DNA of 64,000 bases. Source: Pirellulales bacterium (GTDB lineage: Bacteria > Planctomycetota > Planctomycetia > Pirellulales > JAICIG01). A program made the translations under genes and the position numbers. The notes below the pieces were generated by a model, which ran no database searches, had not been told where the DNA came from, and saw only the letters and a list, made by a program, of their open reading frames with translations. The stretch spans positions 266,599 to 330,598 of the forward strand of contig JBBDYJ010000010.1 in the NCBI GenBank assembly GCA_040901675.1, written 5' to 3'. Of this stretch, positions 29,245 to 39,184 are shown piece by piece; within the stretch, counting starts at the first letter, position 1, and each line of letters begins with the position of its first letter.

Positions 29245-31026
29245 CTATTCTTTGCTGGATAGCGGGATCACGCCGTTCCAGTTGGGCGGCGGCGTCCGAT
29301 TGTGCTGGGCGATGAATACCATCAGAAAGTCCTTCACCCGGTCGCGGGCCGGCACCCGGTGCAACAGCTCGATCGCCTCCGACCAATCGCCGGCCAGAAA
29401 GGCGTCCAGGGCCGACTCGTAGCTCTTCAGGTGCTCGTCGGTAAGCTGTGGATAGGCCGCCTCGGGCGGCAACAGCTCGCTGATTTCGATTGCCGTATCG
29501 AACCCGTACGGCATGACCACCGCCAGGCGGCGGCAGCGGGCCAGGCGACTGGGCACTTGATCGCGCACCGCGCGGGCCGTCGCTTCGTCCAGCAGGATCG
29601 GCGTCCGCAGAATCTTGGTCATCCCTTCCAACCGGCTGGCACGGTTCACCACCGGCCCGAACACCGTCACCTTGACCTGGTCGACCGTGCCGATGCGGCC
29701 CGCCACCGCGCGGCCCGTGGCCAGGCCGATGCCCATGCGAAAATCGGCCAGCGGGTTGCCGGCCTGGCGAGCGGCCGCCTCGAATTCGACTCGGATCGCC
29801 AAAGCGGCCAGGCAGGCCCGCTGGATGGCGTCGGGCTGCAAAATGGGCCAGCCCCAGAAGCCCATGGCGGCATCTCCCTGGAAATCGCCGAACACGCCCC
29901 CCTGCTCCAGGATATGGTGGGTCATCACGCCCAGGGCCTTGCTGACGCGGTCGAGCAGCCCCAGCAGGTCGCCTGCGTGTCTTTCCGTCTCTTTGGAGAA
30001 GCCGCGCAGGTCGCAAAACAGGACCGACACGTCGGTCTCGCGCGGGGCCAGCACATAATCGGGATCCTCGGCCGTGATCGCCTCCAGCACGGCCGGCGAG
30101 AAAAAATTCCGCAAGGCCGCCTGCTTGCGCTGCATCGATTGGTTCTGGCGCAAGCTGGTCAGGGTGGCGGCCACCAGCTCGGTGAACTTGACGTCTTCGC
30201 GGAGGTCGTTGGGGTCGGCCGATGAGGGGGTAGCGGTTGCGTCGACGCCAAACCGGCCGGCCACGTACACGCCCCAGCCCCGGCAAGCCTCACCCAGCAC
30301 GGGCGTGCAAAACGCCCAGTCGATGTTCTCGCTGATGGTGAAACTGGGAGTGCCGGGATCGCGGCCGGCGCCCCAGACGTGCAGCACGCTCTGGTTGCGC
30401 TGGACCGCTTCGACGATCAGCCGCTGGCTGGGTTGAAACACTTCGCCGGTGGCGAGCCGGCGGTCCCAGTGCAGCATGCGGACCCGCGGCTGATCGCAAT
30501 CCTCGACGGCGACCAGGGCCACGGCGCTGGCCCGCGGGATGCCGGCCAGCAGCATGTTGACCAGGCGGATGAACAGCTCGGTGTCGTTCACCGCACCGGA
30601 GATCACGTCGGGCAGCCGGCTGAGCACTTCGATCCGCTGATCGGCGTTGCGGAAGCGAATGCGTTGCAGGTATTGCGCGCTGAACGTCTGCTCCTCCACC
30701 GGACGGGGCAGCTCCAACGAGAAGTTGACTTCGTCGGTCGCCAGCGTGAACGTGGTCTGGCCGATAACGAAGTGCTCTCCCGGCTTCACGGAGAAATGGT
30801 CGACTTCCTTGCCCTCCACGAAAATCGGGTTGCGGGCATCCGGCAGCCGCTCGACGTCGAGCTTCCCATCCATCCAGGCGGCCACCGCGTGCTGCCGCGA
30901 AATGTGACCGTCCCAGGGCGTGGCCCAGACACCCGATTCGCGTCCCAGCACGAATCGCTCGTCGTTGCGCAAACGACGTCGCCAGCGCTGCTGCGGTTCG
31001 GACCCTTGGGCGATCAACTCGGCCAC
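29245..31026 (-). CDS. FHA + GAF-like + class III nucleotidyl cyclase
   Basis: FHA LGR...ISRQH; cyclase LFCDLRGFS, FQGDAAMGFWG, VNRASRLE; GTG start at 31026. Confidence 0.88.
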   Translation of the reverse strand: MAELIAQGSEPQQRWRRRLRNDERFVLGRESGVWATPWDGHISRQHAVAAWMDGKLDVERLPDARNPIFVEGKEVDHFSVKPGEHFVIGQTTFTLATDEVNFSLELPRPVEEQTFSAQYLQRIRFRNADQRIEVLSRLPDVISGAVNDTELFIRLVNMLLAGIPRASAVALVAVEDCDQPRVRMLHWDRRLATGEVFQPSQRLIVEAVQRNQSVLHVWGAGRDPGTPSFTISENIDWAFCTPVLGEACRGWGVYVAGRFGVDATATPSSADPNDLREDVKFTELVAATLTSLRQNQSMQRKQAALRNFFSPAVLEAITAEDPDYVLAPRETDVSVLFCDLRGFSKETERHAGDLLGLLDRVSKALGVMTHHILEQGGVFGDFQGDAAMGFWGWPILQPDAIQRACLAALAIRVEFEAAARQAGNPLADFRMGIGLATGRAVAGRIGTVDQVKVTVFGPVVNRASRLEGMTKILRTPILLDEATARAVRDQVPSRLARCRRLAVVMPYGFDTAIEISELLPPEAAYPQLTDEHLKSYESALDAFLAGDWSEAIELLHRVPARDRVKDFLMVFIAQHNRTPPPNWNGVIPLSSKE

Positions 31027-31102
31027 GTTCGGTTTACTCCACCGAGGTCGGAAGTCGGAGGTCAAAGGTCGGAGGTTGGAAGATACACGTTGCTTTTCGG
31101 CC

Positions 31103-33325
31103 TTACTGCAAACTGTCGTCATCGGCCGTGCGGGGACTGAAGTCGCCGGCGCCCGCCGTGGCACGCCGTGATTCGAGCGAGCTGCCGAGGCTGCCGCCAG
31201 AATCGGGGGCGCGTCCCAGGCCGATCTTCCGCCGCAGGCGCGCCACCAGCCGGATGCGGGGCGCTACGTCCAACACGATCATCACAAAGCCCCACAGCGC
31301 GGTGATTACCGCAATAATGGCCGCCAAGGCCCATAAGCCCAGACGCACCAGTCGGTATCCCAGTTCCTGGATCGGCTCCACGGCGGCCACATAGCGTTCC
31401 TGGACAATCACGGCCCAGCCGGTGTCGCCGACCGAGGCGGGTCGATCGTTCACGATGACCGGCCGAATGGCCGCCAGCCAGCGCCCCTGATACTTGTCGC
31501 CCACCGGATCGTGGTACTGGGCGAGCGAGGCCGTCTGGCTGCTCGCGCGCACCTGCTCGGAGGTGTTGGTTGCGGCGGCGCGGAGTTTCTCGATTTGTTC
31601 AACGTAAGCCGGCCCCAGACGTAAATCCGGCAAGTCACCGGTCTTCCGCCGCAGCAATTCGGCCAGGTGCGGATGCTCCAGGATGACTCCGGCACGGCCG
31701 GTCCAGTCCGGCTTGGAATCGACCAGCACCGAGAACTGGTCGGCCAGCGAACTGTCCTGCGGGCGCCATTCGGCAAATCGTCCCAGTTCGACCGAGTGGG
31801 TGATGACGCCGATGATCCGCCGATCGGGATCGGTCCGTTTTGCACTGAAGATGGGCACCGAGAACGAGACTTTGCGGTTTTCCGTGGTGTCGCTCTTGTA
31901 CACCGCCGACAAGTTCGGTTCGTGGATCGGCTCGATGCCTTGGCTCCCGCGGCGCAGGTTCTTGCCCAAGCCGTGAAAGTAGTCGCGGTGCGCGTAGTTC
32001 TGGTCGACGGTGGATGAGAATGGGCTGCGGGCCAACTGGGTGCCCTCACTGTCCATCACCACCCAACTGGCGGTCTCCAGCGTGTCGTACTCCCGATCCA
32101 CGCTTTCCAGCCATTCCTGCAAGGCATTCCGTTCGGGCGTGCCGCGCCGTTTGCCGGTTGCCGCGGTCAACAACTGCCGCAGCTCGGCGTCGGCCGCTTC
32201 GTGTTCCAGCACGTGCCAGCGGCTGGCGATCTTTTCGGCCACGGTACCGGCCACGGCCTGCGCGGCGAAGCGATTGCTTTGCAGGGCGCGGCCGATGACC
32301 TCTTCGTTCGTCGTTCCGACCGCGGTACCGATCAGCTTCCAAAAGAAAAGGGCCATCACCACCAGCAGCACGGCGGGGCCTACGGCGCCCAGCACCAAGA
32401 GCGGCCTGCGGGCCAGTCGGGCGGCCCGCGCCTCCAGCGCGCCGAGCACTGCCTGCGGGTTGGGAAACCGCTTTTGCGGATCGGGAGCCAGGCAACGGTC
32501 GACGATTGCGGCCAGCTCGCCATCCACCCCCGCCGCCGCCCGGTGCCGGCGAGCGCGCCTCGACGTGCGGATCAGCTCGCGGTACCGCGACAACTGCTCC
32601 TCGATCCCCGACACGTCCTGGATATCGGCCGCCCCCGGCGCATCGCGGTAGGGGGGATCGCCGGTCAACATGCAGTAAAACAGGGCACCCAGCCCGTAGA
32701 CATCCCAGCGCGCGTCGGGAACCGCCTTCAAGTCGGCCTGCTCGGGGGCCATGTAGAACAATGTGCCCAGGGCCGGGGTTTGCTCATGCGAGAGCCGCGA
32801 CTGGCCGAAGTCGGCCAGCCGTGGTTTTCCATGGTGGTCCAGCAGTACGTTGGCCGGCTTGAGGTCGCAGTGCAGCACCCCCTTGCCGTGGGAGTGCACC
32901 AGGCCGATGGCCAACTCGCGGAACAGCTCCAAGGCCTCCGGCACGCCGAGCGGTCCCTCCTGGAGCCGGTCGGCCAGCGAGCCTTGTTCCAAGAACTCCA
33001 TCACGTAGTAGGGCGGATCGGCGTTCCAGCCCACGTCGATCAACTGCACGACGTAGCGATCCGTGAACAGGAAGGCCAGCTTCTCGACCTCGCGCGATAA
33101 CAGCGACCAGTCGAGGCCCCCCCGGTGGGTGTAGAACTTGATGGCCACCCGCCGCCCCGTATTGCGGTCCATGGCAACCCAGACTTCTCCGTAGGCGCCG
33201 GCGCCGAGGAACCGCTCGATTTCGTAACCCGGCACTTGCAGCGGCGGGCGGGCACGCTGCAGGCTGCGCTCCTGGGCGAGCCGCAACTCTTCCGCGGTTT
33301 GCGGTAGCGTTCGATCGGCGGACAT
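31103..33325 (-). CDS. Ser/Thr protein kinase with two TM helices and a Cache-like extracytoplasmic domain
   Basis: GAGAYGEV, VAIK, HCDLKPAN, DFG, YMAPE; NYAHRDYF...VSFSVPI Cache-like motif between the TMs. Confidence 0.88.
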   Translation of the reverse strand: MSADRTLPQTAEELRLAQERSLQRARPPLQVPGYEIERFLGAGAYGEVWVAMDRNTGRRVAIKFYTHRGGLDWSLLSREVEKLAFLFTDRYVVQLIDVGWNADPPYYVMEFLEQGSLADRLQEGPLGVPEALELFRELAIGLVHSHGKGVLHCDLKPANVLLDHHGKPRLADFGQSRLSHEQTPALGTLFYMAPEQADLKAVPDARWDVYGLGALFYCMLTGDPPYRDAPGAADIQDVSGIEEQLSRYRELIRTSRRARRHRAAAGVDGELAAIVDRCLAPDPQKRFPNPQAVLGALEARAARLARRPLLVLGAVGPAVLLVVMALFFWKLIGTAVGTTNEEVIGRALQSNRFAAQAVAGTVAEKIASRWHVLEHEAADAELRQLLTAATGKRRGTPERNALQEWLESVDREYDTLETASWVVMDSEGTQLARSPFSSTVDQNYAHRDYFHGLGKNLRRGSQGIEPIHEPNLSAVYKSDTTENRKVSFSVPIFSAKRTDPDRRIIGVITHSVELGRFAEWRPQDSSLADQFSVLVDSKPDWTGRAGVILEHPHLAELLRRKTGDLPDLRLGPAYVEQIEKLRAAATNTSEQVRASSQTASLAQYHDPVGDKYQGRWLAAIRPVIVNDRPASVGDTGWAVIVQERYVAAVEPIQELGYRLVRLGLWALAAIIAVITALWGFVMIVLDVAPRIRLVARLRRKIGLGRAPDSGGSLGSSLESRRATAGAGDFSPRTADDDSLQ

Positions 33326-33506
33326 CAGGCCCCCGAAGGCGGGCTTTACGTGGACAACATCTGCGCTTGCCGGCCGCGCCGGCCGGTTCACCCTCACTAT
33401 ACCAATACGGCAGGCATGCCGCACGATCTGGCGGCTGCGGTGAGCCGGCGACAACGCTCGGATCGAGACGCGCCCGTTCAGCAGCGCTCTTGGAGAAGGG
33501 CCCGCG

Positions 33507-34412
33507 TTATCTGGCCTCCTTGAACGCCGGCACGGCGGCCGCGATGCGGTCATGGGCCACAACTACCCGCAATGGCCCGTCGCCACGAAACCGCGTGACA
33601 CGGACGGCAAACCACTCCTCCTCCGCCGCTCTCCAGTACGGGTACGCCAGGTGGAACTCGTCGCGGACATAAGACATCACGTCGAGGATTCCCTGAGCGA
33701 TCCGCTGCCCTTCACTGGCACGCTCTTGGGTGGATTGGCAGCTCTCGAGATAGTTGGCGCCGACGCTCGTGGCCCCCGGCCCCGCAGCGCCGGATTGCGC
33801 CCAGCGGCTCCAGGCCTCATTGACAGCGATAATCCGGCCCGTTTCGTCCAGGACGGCAATCCGCGACGACAGCGCGTCGAGCGTACCCTGCAGGGTTCGC
33901 TGCGATTCACGCAGCCCCTTTTCGTCGCCCAGGCCGTCGGCCGCATTCAGGAGGGCCTGCGCCCGGGCGTCACTGGCGGCCCTGCCCAAGGCCGGGTGCT
34001 TGCCTTCAATAGCTTGCCGGATCGCCCGCTCGACGGCGTTGGGATCGAGTTGGCCGCGGTCCAGAACTGCATCGGGCCCGCGCAAGCCGTCGGGCCATGC
34101 CTGGTTGCCGGCTCGCTCGCACAAAAGGATCATGGGCGCGCGGCAACCGCGGCGGTGAGCCTCCTCGTACAACTCGGCGTGGCCACTGCCGCCCAACCGC
34201 TCGTCAATCAGGCACGCATCGTGCTGGTGGCGGTCGAGGGCCGTCAAGACTGCTTCGGTCGTCGACGCCCAGTCGAGTTTGAACTCGACCCGGCGCGAGG
34301 CGGCCAGCACGGCCTGCAGGCGGGTGTACTGCTCGACGTTCTCGTGCGCCACGAGCATATTCAGACAATAGCGTGGCTGATTCGATCGGGCGACGGGCTT
34401 TCTGGACAGCAT
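33507..34412 (-). CDS. Receiver-like + PAS domain protein without an output domain
   Basis: HDACLIDERLGG...APMILL (receiver); IAVLDETGRIIAVNEAW...GANYL...WFAVRVT...VVVAH (PAS). Confidence 0.65.
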   Translation of the reverse strand: MLSRKPVARSNQPRYCLNMLVAHENVEQYTRLQAVLAASRRVEFKLDWASTTEAVLTALDRHQHDACLIDERLGGSGHAELYEEAHRRGCRAPMILLCERAGNQAWPDGLRGPDAVLDRGQLDPNAVERAIRQAIEGKHPALGRAASDARAQALLNAADGLGDEKGLRESQRTLQGTLDALSSRIAVLDETGRIIAVNEAWSRWAQSGAAGPGATSVGANYLESCQSTQERASEGQRIAQGILDVMSYVRDEFHLAYPYWRAAEEEWFAVRVTRFRGDGPLRVVVAHDRIAAAVPAFKEAR

Positions 34413-34673
34413 GCTCTCTCTCGGGCGCTCGTCAAAAGTGGGCAGCCGGCGGAACGGCTTCTGCTGGAGCAGTCGGGCGTCTTGGGCCGTAGTGCTCCTG
34501 GCCGGCCGGCCCCATTTATCTGTTCATCGTGCGGCGGCCGGCCACAGATTGGTTTCCTGGGGTGCTTGTGGGGGCACTTTGCGGCAAGGCGCAAGACATT
34601 GCAGCGGATCTGCGGCCTGGCCGCCCGGCGTGGAGCGTAGGGAGACATCGGAGGTGGGGTGGGGCGGGCCGGC

Positions 34674-35294
34674 TCAATTGGGAACCAGCCCTAGCACGAG
34701 CTGTGCCATTCCGATCAGCTCGGCCCGCGATCCGGCGTGCATTTTCTTCATGATGCTCGATCGGCGCAACTGGACCGTGCGCGGGCTGACTCCCAACGAG
34801 ACGGCGATCTGCTTGTCGGTCTTGCCGGCGGCGGTAAGCTGGACTACCTCGCGCTCCTGCGGGTTGAGCCGCTCGAACCGGCTCGTGAGCTCCGAGCGTT
34901 GCAGCTCGCCCTCGCGGCGGCGGACGTCCAGCTCGACGGCCGAACGGATGCTGCCCCGCAACTCGTCCAGCGAATAGGGCTTCTCGATAAAATTGACGGC
35001 GCCCGCCTTGATCGCCTCGACGGCCGTCGGCACGTCGCCGTGCCCCGTGATGATGATGGCCGGCAGGCAGTCGCCCTCATCGGCCAGGCGGTGGAACAAC
35101 TCCAGCCCCCCAATTTCAGGCATCCTCAGATCCAGGATCAGGCAGCCGGGCTGCGAGGCATCGTTTTGCGCCAGGAACTCAGCGGCCGAAGCATACGCTT
35201 CGACCCGCAGGTTCATCGACTCGATCACCAGTGCGATCGACTCGCGCACCTGGGGGTCGTCATCGACGATGCGAATCGTTGGATTGCCGGTCAC
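34674..35294 (-). CDS. FixJ/LuxR-family response regulator
   Basis: IVDDD, LDLRMP, ITGHGDVPTAV, FIEKP; C-terminal HTH. Confidence 0.92.
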   Translation of the reverse strand: MTGNPTIRIVDDDPQVRESIALVIESMNLRVEAYASAAEFLAQNDASQPGCLILDLRMPEIGGLELFHRLADEGDCLPAIIITGHGDVPTAVEAIKAGAVNFIEKPYSLDELRGSIRSAVELDVRRREGELQRSELTSRFERLNPQEREVVQLTAAGKTDKQIAVSLGVSPRTVQLRRSSIMKKMHAGSRAELIGMAQLVLGLVPN

Positions 35295-35329
35295 TCAATG
35301 CCCCTACGGTCAAGTTTGCGATTGTTCCA

Positions 35330-35352
35330 GTAGAACGGAATTCATTTCCGTT
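35330..35352 (+). repeat. GTAG-tagged REP-like hairpin
   Basis: GTAG-AACGGAA-TTCAT-TTCCGTT. Confidence 0.6.
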
Positions 35353-35385
35353 AAAAGCGTCTACGAATCCGCCACGGATCCCGAG

Positions 35386-36543
35386 CTAGGAATCCCTCGC
35401 TTCCGGCTTCAGCCAGCGGTCGAAGAAGCCGAAAGCCTCCGCCTGCATCTCGAGGTTGAACTGGTGCCCCCCTTTATAATAGGACGCCTGGTAGCGGTCG
35501 CCGGCCCCGGCCTTGCGGTAAGTCCCGGCCAGCATCGAATCGGCCCGTTGCATTTCCTTCAGCGTGAACAACGGGTCTTCATTGCAGTTTAGCACCAGGC
35601 TGGGCAAAGGCGCCCGCAATGCCAGAATCTCCGGATAATCGAGATCGAGCGGCAAACCCGGAATATAGATCATCCACGTATGGGTGTGGCACTTGTTGAG
35701 CAGGTAGTCGCGCCAGGTGGTCATCATCCCCACGCATACCGCCGCTCGGATCCGGTCGTCCAGGCCGGCCAGGTACACGGTCCGCAGGCCGCCTCCCGAC
35801 AGCCCGCCGCAGCCGACGCGCCGGACATCGACGTCGTCGCGCGAGCAGAGATAATCGAGCGCCCGCCGGTCCTCGGCCGTGAACACCCCGGGCCAGGTGG
35901 TGCCGGCCGAGAACAGGCTTTTGGCCAGCAGGTGTTCGTGCGCCGAAGCGAAGCGGTTGTATGCTTCGATCTCCGGCTGCGACTCCGGATGGACCTCGAC
36001 CAGCCCCTGCCGGATCACGTCCGGAAGGTCCCCCACCCGCACCCGGCGGCTGGCAAATGCAAAGGCGTCGTGGACCAGCACTCCGTAGCCCCGCTTGGCC
36101 AGTTGATTGGCCCAGGCCACGCCGCCGTAATACTCATCCTGGTGCTCGCGCATCATCGGGTGCACGTCGCCGCTCAATCGCGAAATCTTACGCGTGCCGA
36201 AGTACTTGTTGCCGCCGTGATCGTGCAGCGCCAGCACGGCGGGCAACGGACCCCGGGCGCCGGACGGTTTCAGAAACACGGCCTCGGTCGGCGGCCCGTA
36301 AGGCAAGCTCCAATGCAGGTGCTCGACGTCCAGCCCGTCGTGCTCGAAACGGTGCTCGACCGTGGCCTTCGGCACGCTGCCCGTCTCAGGCGACAACAAG
36401 CACTCGCCCAGACGCGCCCGCGCCCTGGTCCGCCACGTGTCCACGTCGTTGAAGGCCTCCTGCCGGAACGAGAGCCGCGCCGGTCCATCGCCGGCCAAGG
36501 AGGCCGCCCACGGTCCGTAAGCCCCAATCATGTTCGCTGGCAT
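35386..36543 (-). CDS. Alpha/beta hydrolase (dienelactone hydrolase/acetylxylan esterase-like)
   Basis: PAVLALHDHGG, GLSGGG nucleophile elbow, EDPLF, GGHQF. Confidence 0.85.
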   Translation of the reverse strand: MPANMIGAYGPWAASLAGDGPARLSFRQEAFNDVDTWRTRARARLGECLLSPETGSVPKATVEHRFEHDGLDVEHLHWSLPYGPPTEAVFLKPSGARGPLPAVLALHDHGGNKYFGTRKISRLSGDVHPMMREHQDEYYGGVAWANQLAKRGYGVLVHDAFAFASRRVRVGDLPDVIRQGLVEVHPESQPEIEAYNRFASAHEHLLAKSLFSAGTTWPGVFTAEDRRALDYLCSRDDVDVRRVGCGGLSGGGLRTVYLAGLDDRIRAAVCVGMMTTWRDYLLNKCHTHTWMIYIPGLPLDLDYPEILALRAPLPSLVLNCNEDPLFTLKEMQRADSMLAGTYRKAGAGDRYQASYYKGGHQFNLEMQAEAFGFFDRWLKPEARDS

Positions 36544-36599
36544 GCGCTCGACTCCCCTTGCTTCCCCTTCTCGTCCTTCCACGTGCCCCAGTCTTCGTC

Positions 36600-37667
36600 C
36601 TATTCCTCCTTCCTCCTTCCTCCTTCCTCCTTGTCCACCAGCGGCAGCGACACCACCTCGGCTCGGCCCTGCGGCCACTCCAGTTGGGTCCCCGGCGCAT
36701 TGCTGCCGCGGCGGACGTATGCCAGGGCGAGCGGGGCCTTCAACCGCGGCGAAAAGGCGGCCGAGGTCACCTGTCCAACGTCGTTGCCCTCACGGGTCAA
36801 CGGCGTGCCGGCCGCCGGGAGCTGCGTTTCGAAAAACCGCACTCCCACCAGCGTCCGGTTCACGTGCCCCAGAGCGTCGATGCGGGCCACCGTTTCCTGG
36901 CCGATGTAACAACCTTTGACAAAGCTGATCGCCAATTGGTCGCGCGCCACTTCCTGCGGCAGGTTCCTGTCGTCGATGTCCCATCCGTACCAGGGAAAGC
37001 CGGCCTCGACCCGCGCCATCTCCAACGCAGCCGCCCCACACCTTGCGGCGCCGGCGGCGCACAGCGACTCCTCGACGCCCGCCCGGTCGCCTGCCCGGCA
37101 GAGAACCAGGAATCCGCCTGGCTGCGTCCACGGCACCCGAACCAGCCCGACCGGCCGACCCGCCAGCGCCGCCTCGACGTTGTCCATCGCTCGCGAGCCG
37201 GGCAGCTCGGCCCCCAGGCGGCTGAGCAAGGCCGCGGCCCCGCTGCCGGCAATCAGCCATTCGGCCCAGTCGTCACCGCGGCCGTGCAGCTCGACGCGTT
37301 CGCGGATCAGGTAGCGGTCCAAGTGCGCGAGCAGGCGTTGCTCCTGGCCGGCCACGGTATCGAGCACCAGCGATTCCGCGCCGCAGATCACAAGCACGTG
37401 GCCGATCACGTGCCCCTTGGCATCCAATAAGAACGCCTCGCACCCCTGCCCGACCGGCAGCTTGCGGATCTCGTTGGTGCTGAGATTGTGAAGGTACGCC
37501 GATCGGTCCTCGCCCATCAGCTCGATCCGCGTCCGCCCTTGCAAGTCGACAAGTCCCGCTCCGGTGGTCAAGGCCGCATACTCGGCGGCCTGGTCGCCGA
37601 AGTCGAGCGGCGCCGCGCCGCCGGGTCCGATCGCGGCCGCTTCGGTTGATCCACTGGCGTCGGACAT
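36600..37667 (-). CDS. ygfZ: YgfZ/GcvT-family folate-binding protein
   Basis: KGCYIGQE signature. Confidence 0.85.
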   Translation of the reverse strand: MSDASGSTEAAAIGPGGAAPLDFGDQAAEYAALTTGAGLVDLQGRTRIELMGEDRSAYLHNLSTNEIRKLPVGQGCEAFLLDAKGHVIGHVLVICGAESLVLDTVAGQEQRLLAHLDRYLIRERVELHGRGDDWAEWLIAGSGAAALLSRLGAELPGSRAMDNVEAALAGRPVGLVRVPWTQPGGFLVLCRAGDRAGVEESLCAAGAARCGAAALEMARVEAGFPWYGWDIDDRNLPQEVARDQLAISFVKGCYIGQETVARIDALGHVNRTLVGVRFFETQLPAAGTPLTREGNDVGQVTSAAFSPRLKAPLALAYVRRGSNAPGTQLEWPQGRAEVVSLPLVDKEEGGRRKEE

Positions 37668-37708
37668 AGGTGTTGCCTCGGGGGAAGGCGGTGGGAGGCC
37701 ACCGGACC

Positions 37709-38926
37709 TCAGGCGTCGTCGCTCGGCGTGGCCACGGCGTGCTGCGCGTCGGGAAGCAGGATGCAGGTTGGATGGCGCTTGGCGAGCCGCAGGATATCGG
37801 CCGCTTGCGAAACGGGCGCCATGCCCAGGTGCTCGACCAGCGACTCGTCCAGCCGGCTCAGCAAGTATACCTTGGCATGCTCGCGGGCCAGTGCCAGCTC
37901 GGTGGCAGCCATGGCGTCTGGCTCGGCTTCGCGGCGGATCCGTTTCAGTGCGGTGTCCAGGTCGTCGGTGTCGGCCAACTGTTCCATGGCCGCCCCCGGC
38001 TCGATCGCCAGCTCGGTGCACAGCGCGATGGCCCCGCCCTCGACCACGGCCCGCGACGCGGCGGCGGCCGCACGAGCCACGTTGTCCCACGTTTGTTGGC
38101 CCGCCCCGCCGGCCACGGCCGCCACCACCAGGCTGGCTCGCTTGGGCACCGAACAGCTCCAGGCTTCGCGGCACTGCCGCCGGCCCGATTCATAGACCCG
38201 CTGGGCTTCGCCCGCCAAGACCGCCAGCAGGCCGCCCGCTTCACCCGGAACGACCTGGATCGTGAATTGAATTCCCAGCAGCCAGCCGGCTTCAGCGGCG
38301 TCGTCACTCAACCGCGCCGACTTTTCGGGCGCCGCCGGTCGGGCGAATCGCTGGATCGTGGCCGCATCGGAGTAGCTGGGGAACAGTCCCGCATACAGGC
38401 CGTAGTAGCCGGTTGCCGGCTCGCAGCGCAGGCAACCGATGGGCACCACCAGGTCCGCATCCAGGATGGCCCGGTTCAAATAGACCGCATGACCCCTGCG
38501 GGAGGTGGCCAGCAAACCCAACTGCCGCTTGTCGTCCGGATTGTGAACCAGCACGTTGATCTGCCGCCGCCGAGCATCGTCGAGGTCGCGTGCCGGGTCG
38601 TCGCCCGACCGCGCATCCAAAGCCGTCCGCAGCACCGTGATGTCTTCGACGCCGGCGCCATGGTCCGCCAGGTGCCGCACTACCTCGGCGACAATCACCG
38701 CCGCTTGGGGCAACCCCGGTTCCAGTGCCAAGACGATCTTGTCGCCCGGCACCATGGCCCGGGCCAGCGGTGGAAAGTCGAGCGGCTCGGTCAGCGCCTC
38801 CGCAACCGCCTGGGCCGGATCGGCCAACGATGGCCGCCCCTGCCCCGCGCAGGCCGACAACAGCACTTCGGGCGGCAGGTCCAGCGCCAGCGAAGCTTCG
38901 ACGCCATAGCGGAGAACCGAGGGCAT
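37709..38926 (-). CDS. LarA/DUF2088-like domain protein
   Basis: ALTEPLDFPPL, HNPDD...LNRAILDADLVVPIG N-domain pattern. Confidence 0.65.
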   Translation of the reverse strand: MPSVLRYGVEASLALDLPPEVLLSACAGQGRPSLADPAQAVAEALTEPLDFPPLARAMVPGDKIVLALEPGLPQAAVIVAEVVRHLADHGAGVEDITVLRTALDARSGDDPARDLDDARRRQINVLVHNPDDKRQLGLLATSRRGHAVYLNRAILDADLVVPIGCLRCEPATGYYGLYAGLFPSYSDAATIQRFARPAAPEKSARLSDDAAEAGWLLGIQFTIQVVPGEAGGLLAVLAGEAQRVYESGRRQCREAWSCSVPKRASLVVAAVAGGAGQQTWDNVARAAAAASRAVVEGGAIALCTELAIEPGAAMEQLADTDDLDTALKRIRREAEPDAMAATELALAREHAKVYLLSRLDESLVEHLGMAPVSQAADILRLAKRHPTCILLPDAQHAVATPSDDA

Positions 38927-39184
38927 TTGGGCAAGTGGGGTAAAGCCGTGGGATCGAGGCCAGACGTTCACGCTATGGGATCTTATCCAGGTCCGGCAAA
39001 CAGGGTCAAGGAGCCGAGCTTTACGTCCCGCCGCAACTATCGAATAATGCCCCGACGGAAGAGGGTCTTGGACGGAAGAGGACCTTGGACCTTTGTTCTT
39101 GGCACTTTGGACGCGCAAGCCTCCGTCGTCCGTCCCAAGTGCCAAGTGCCAAGTACCAAGTACCATGTGTGTGCGGGGTCCTAG

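Noticed and set aside
29245..31026. Cyclase as a Pycsar/CBASS defence component
   Set aside because: No adjacent cNMP-binding TM or TIR effector; the FHA-GAF architecture indicates signalling.
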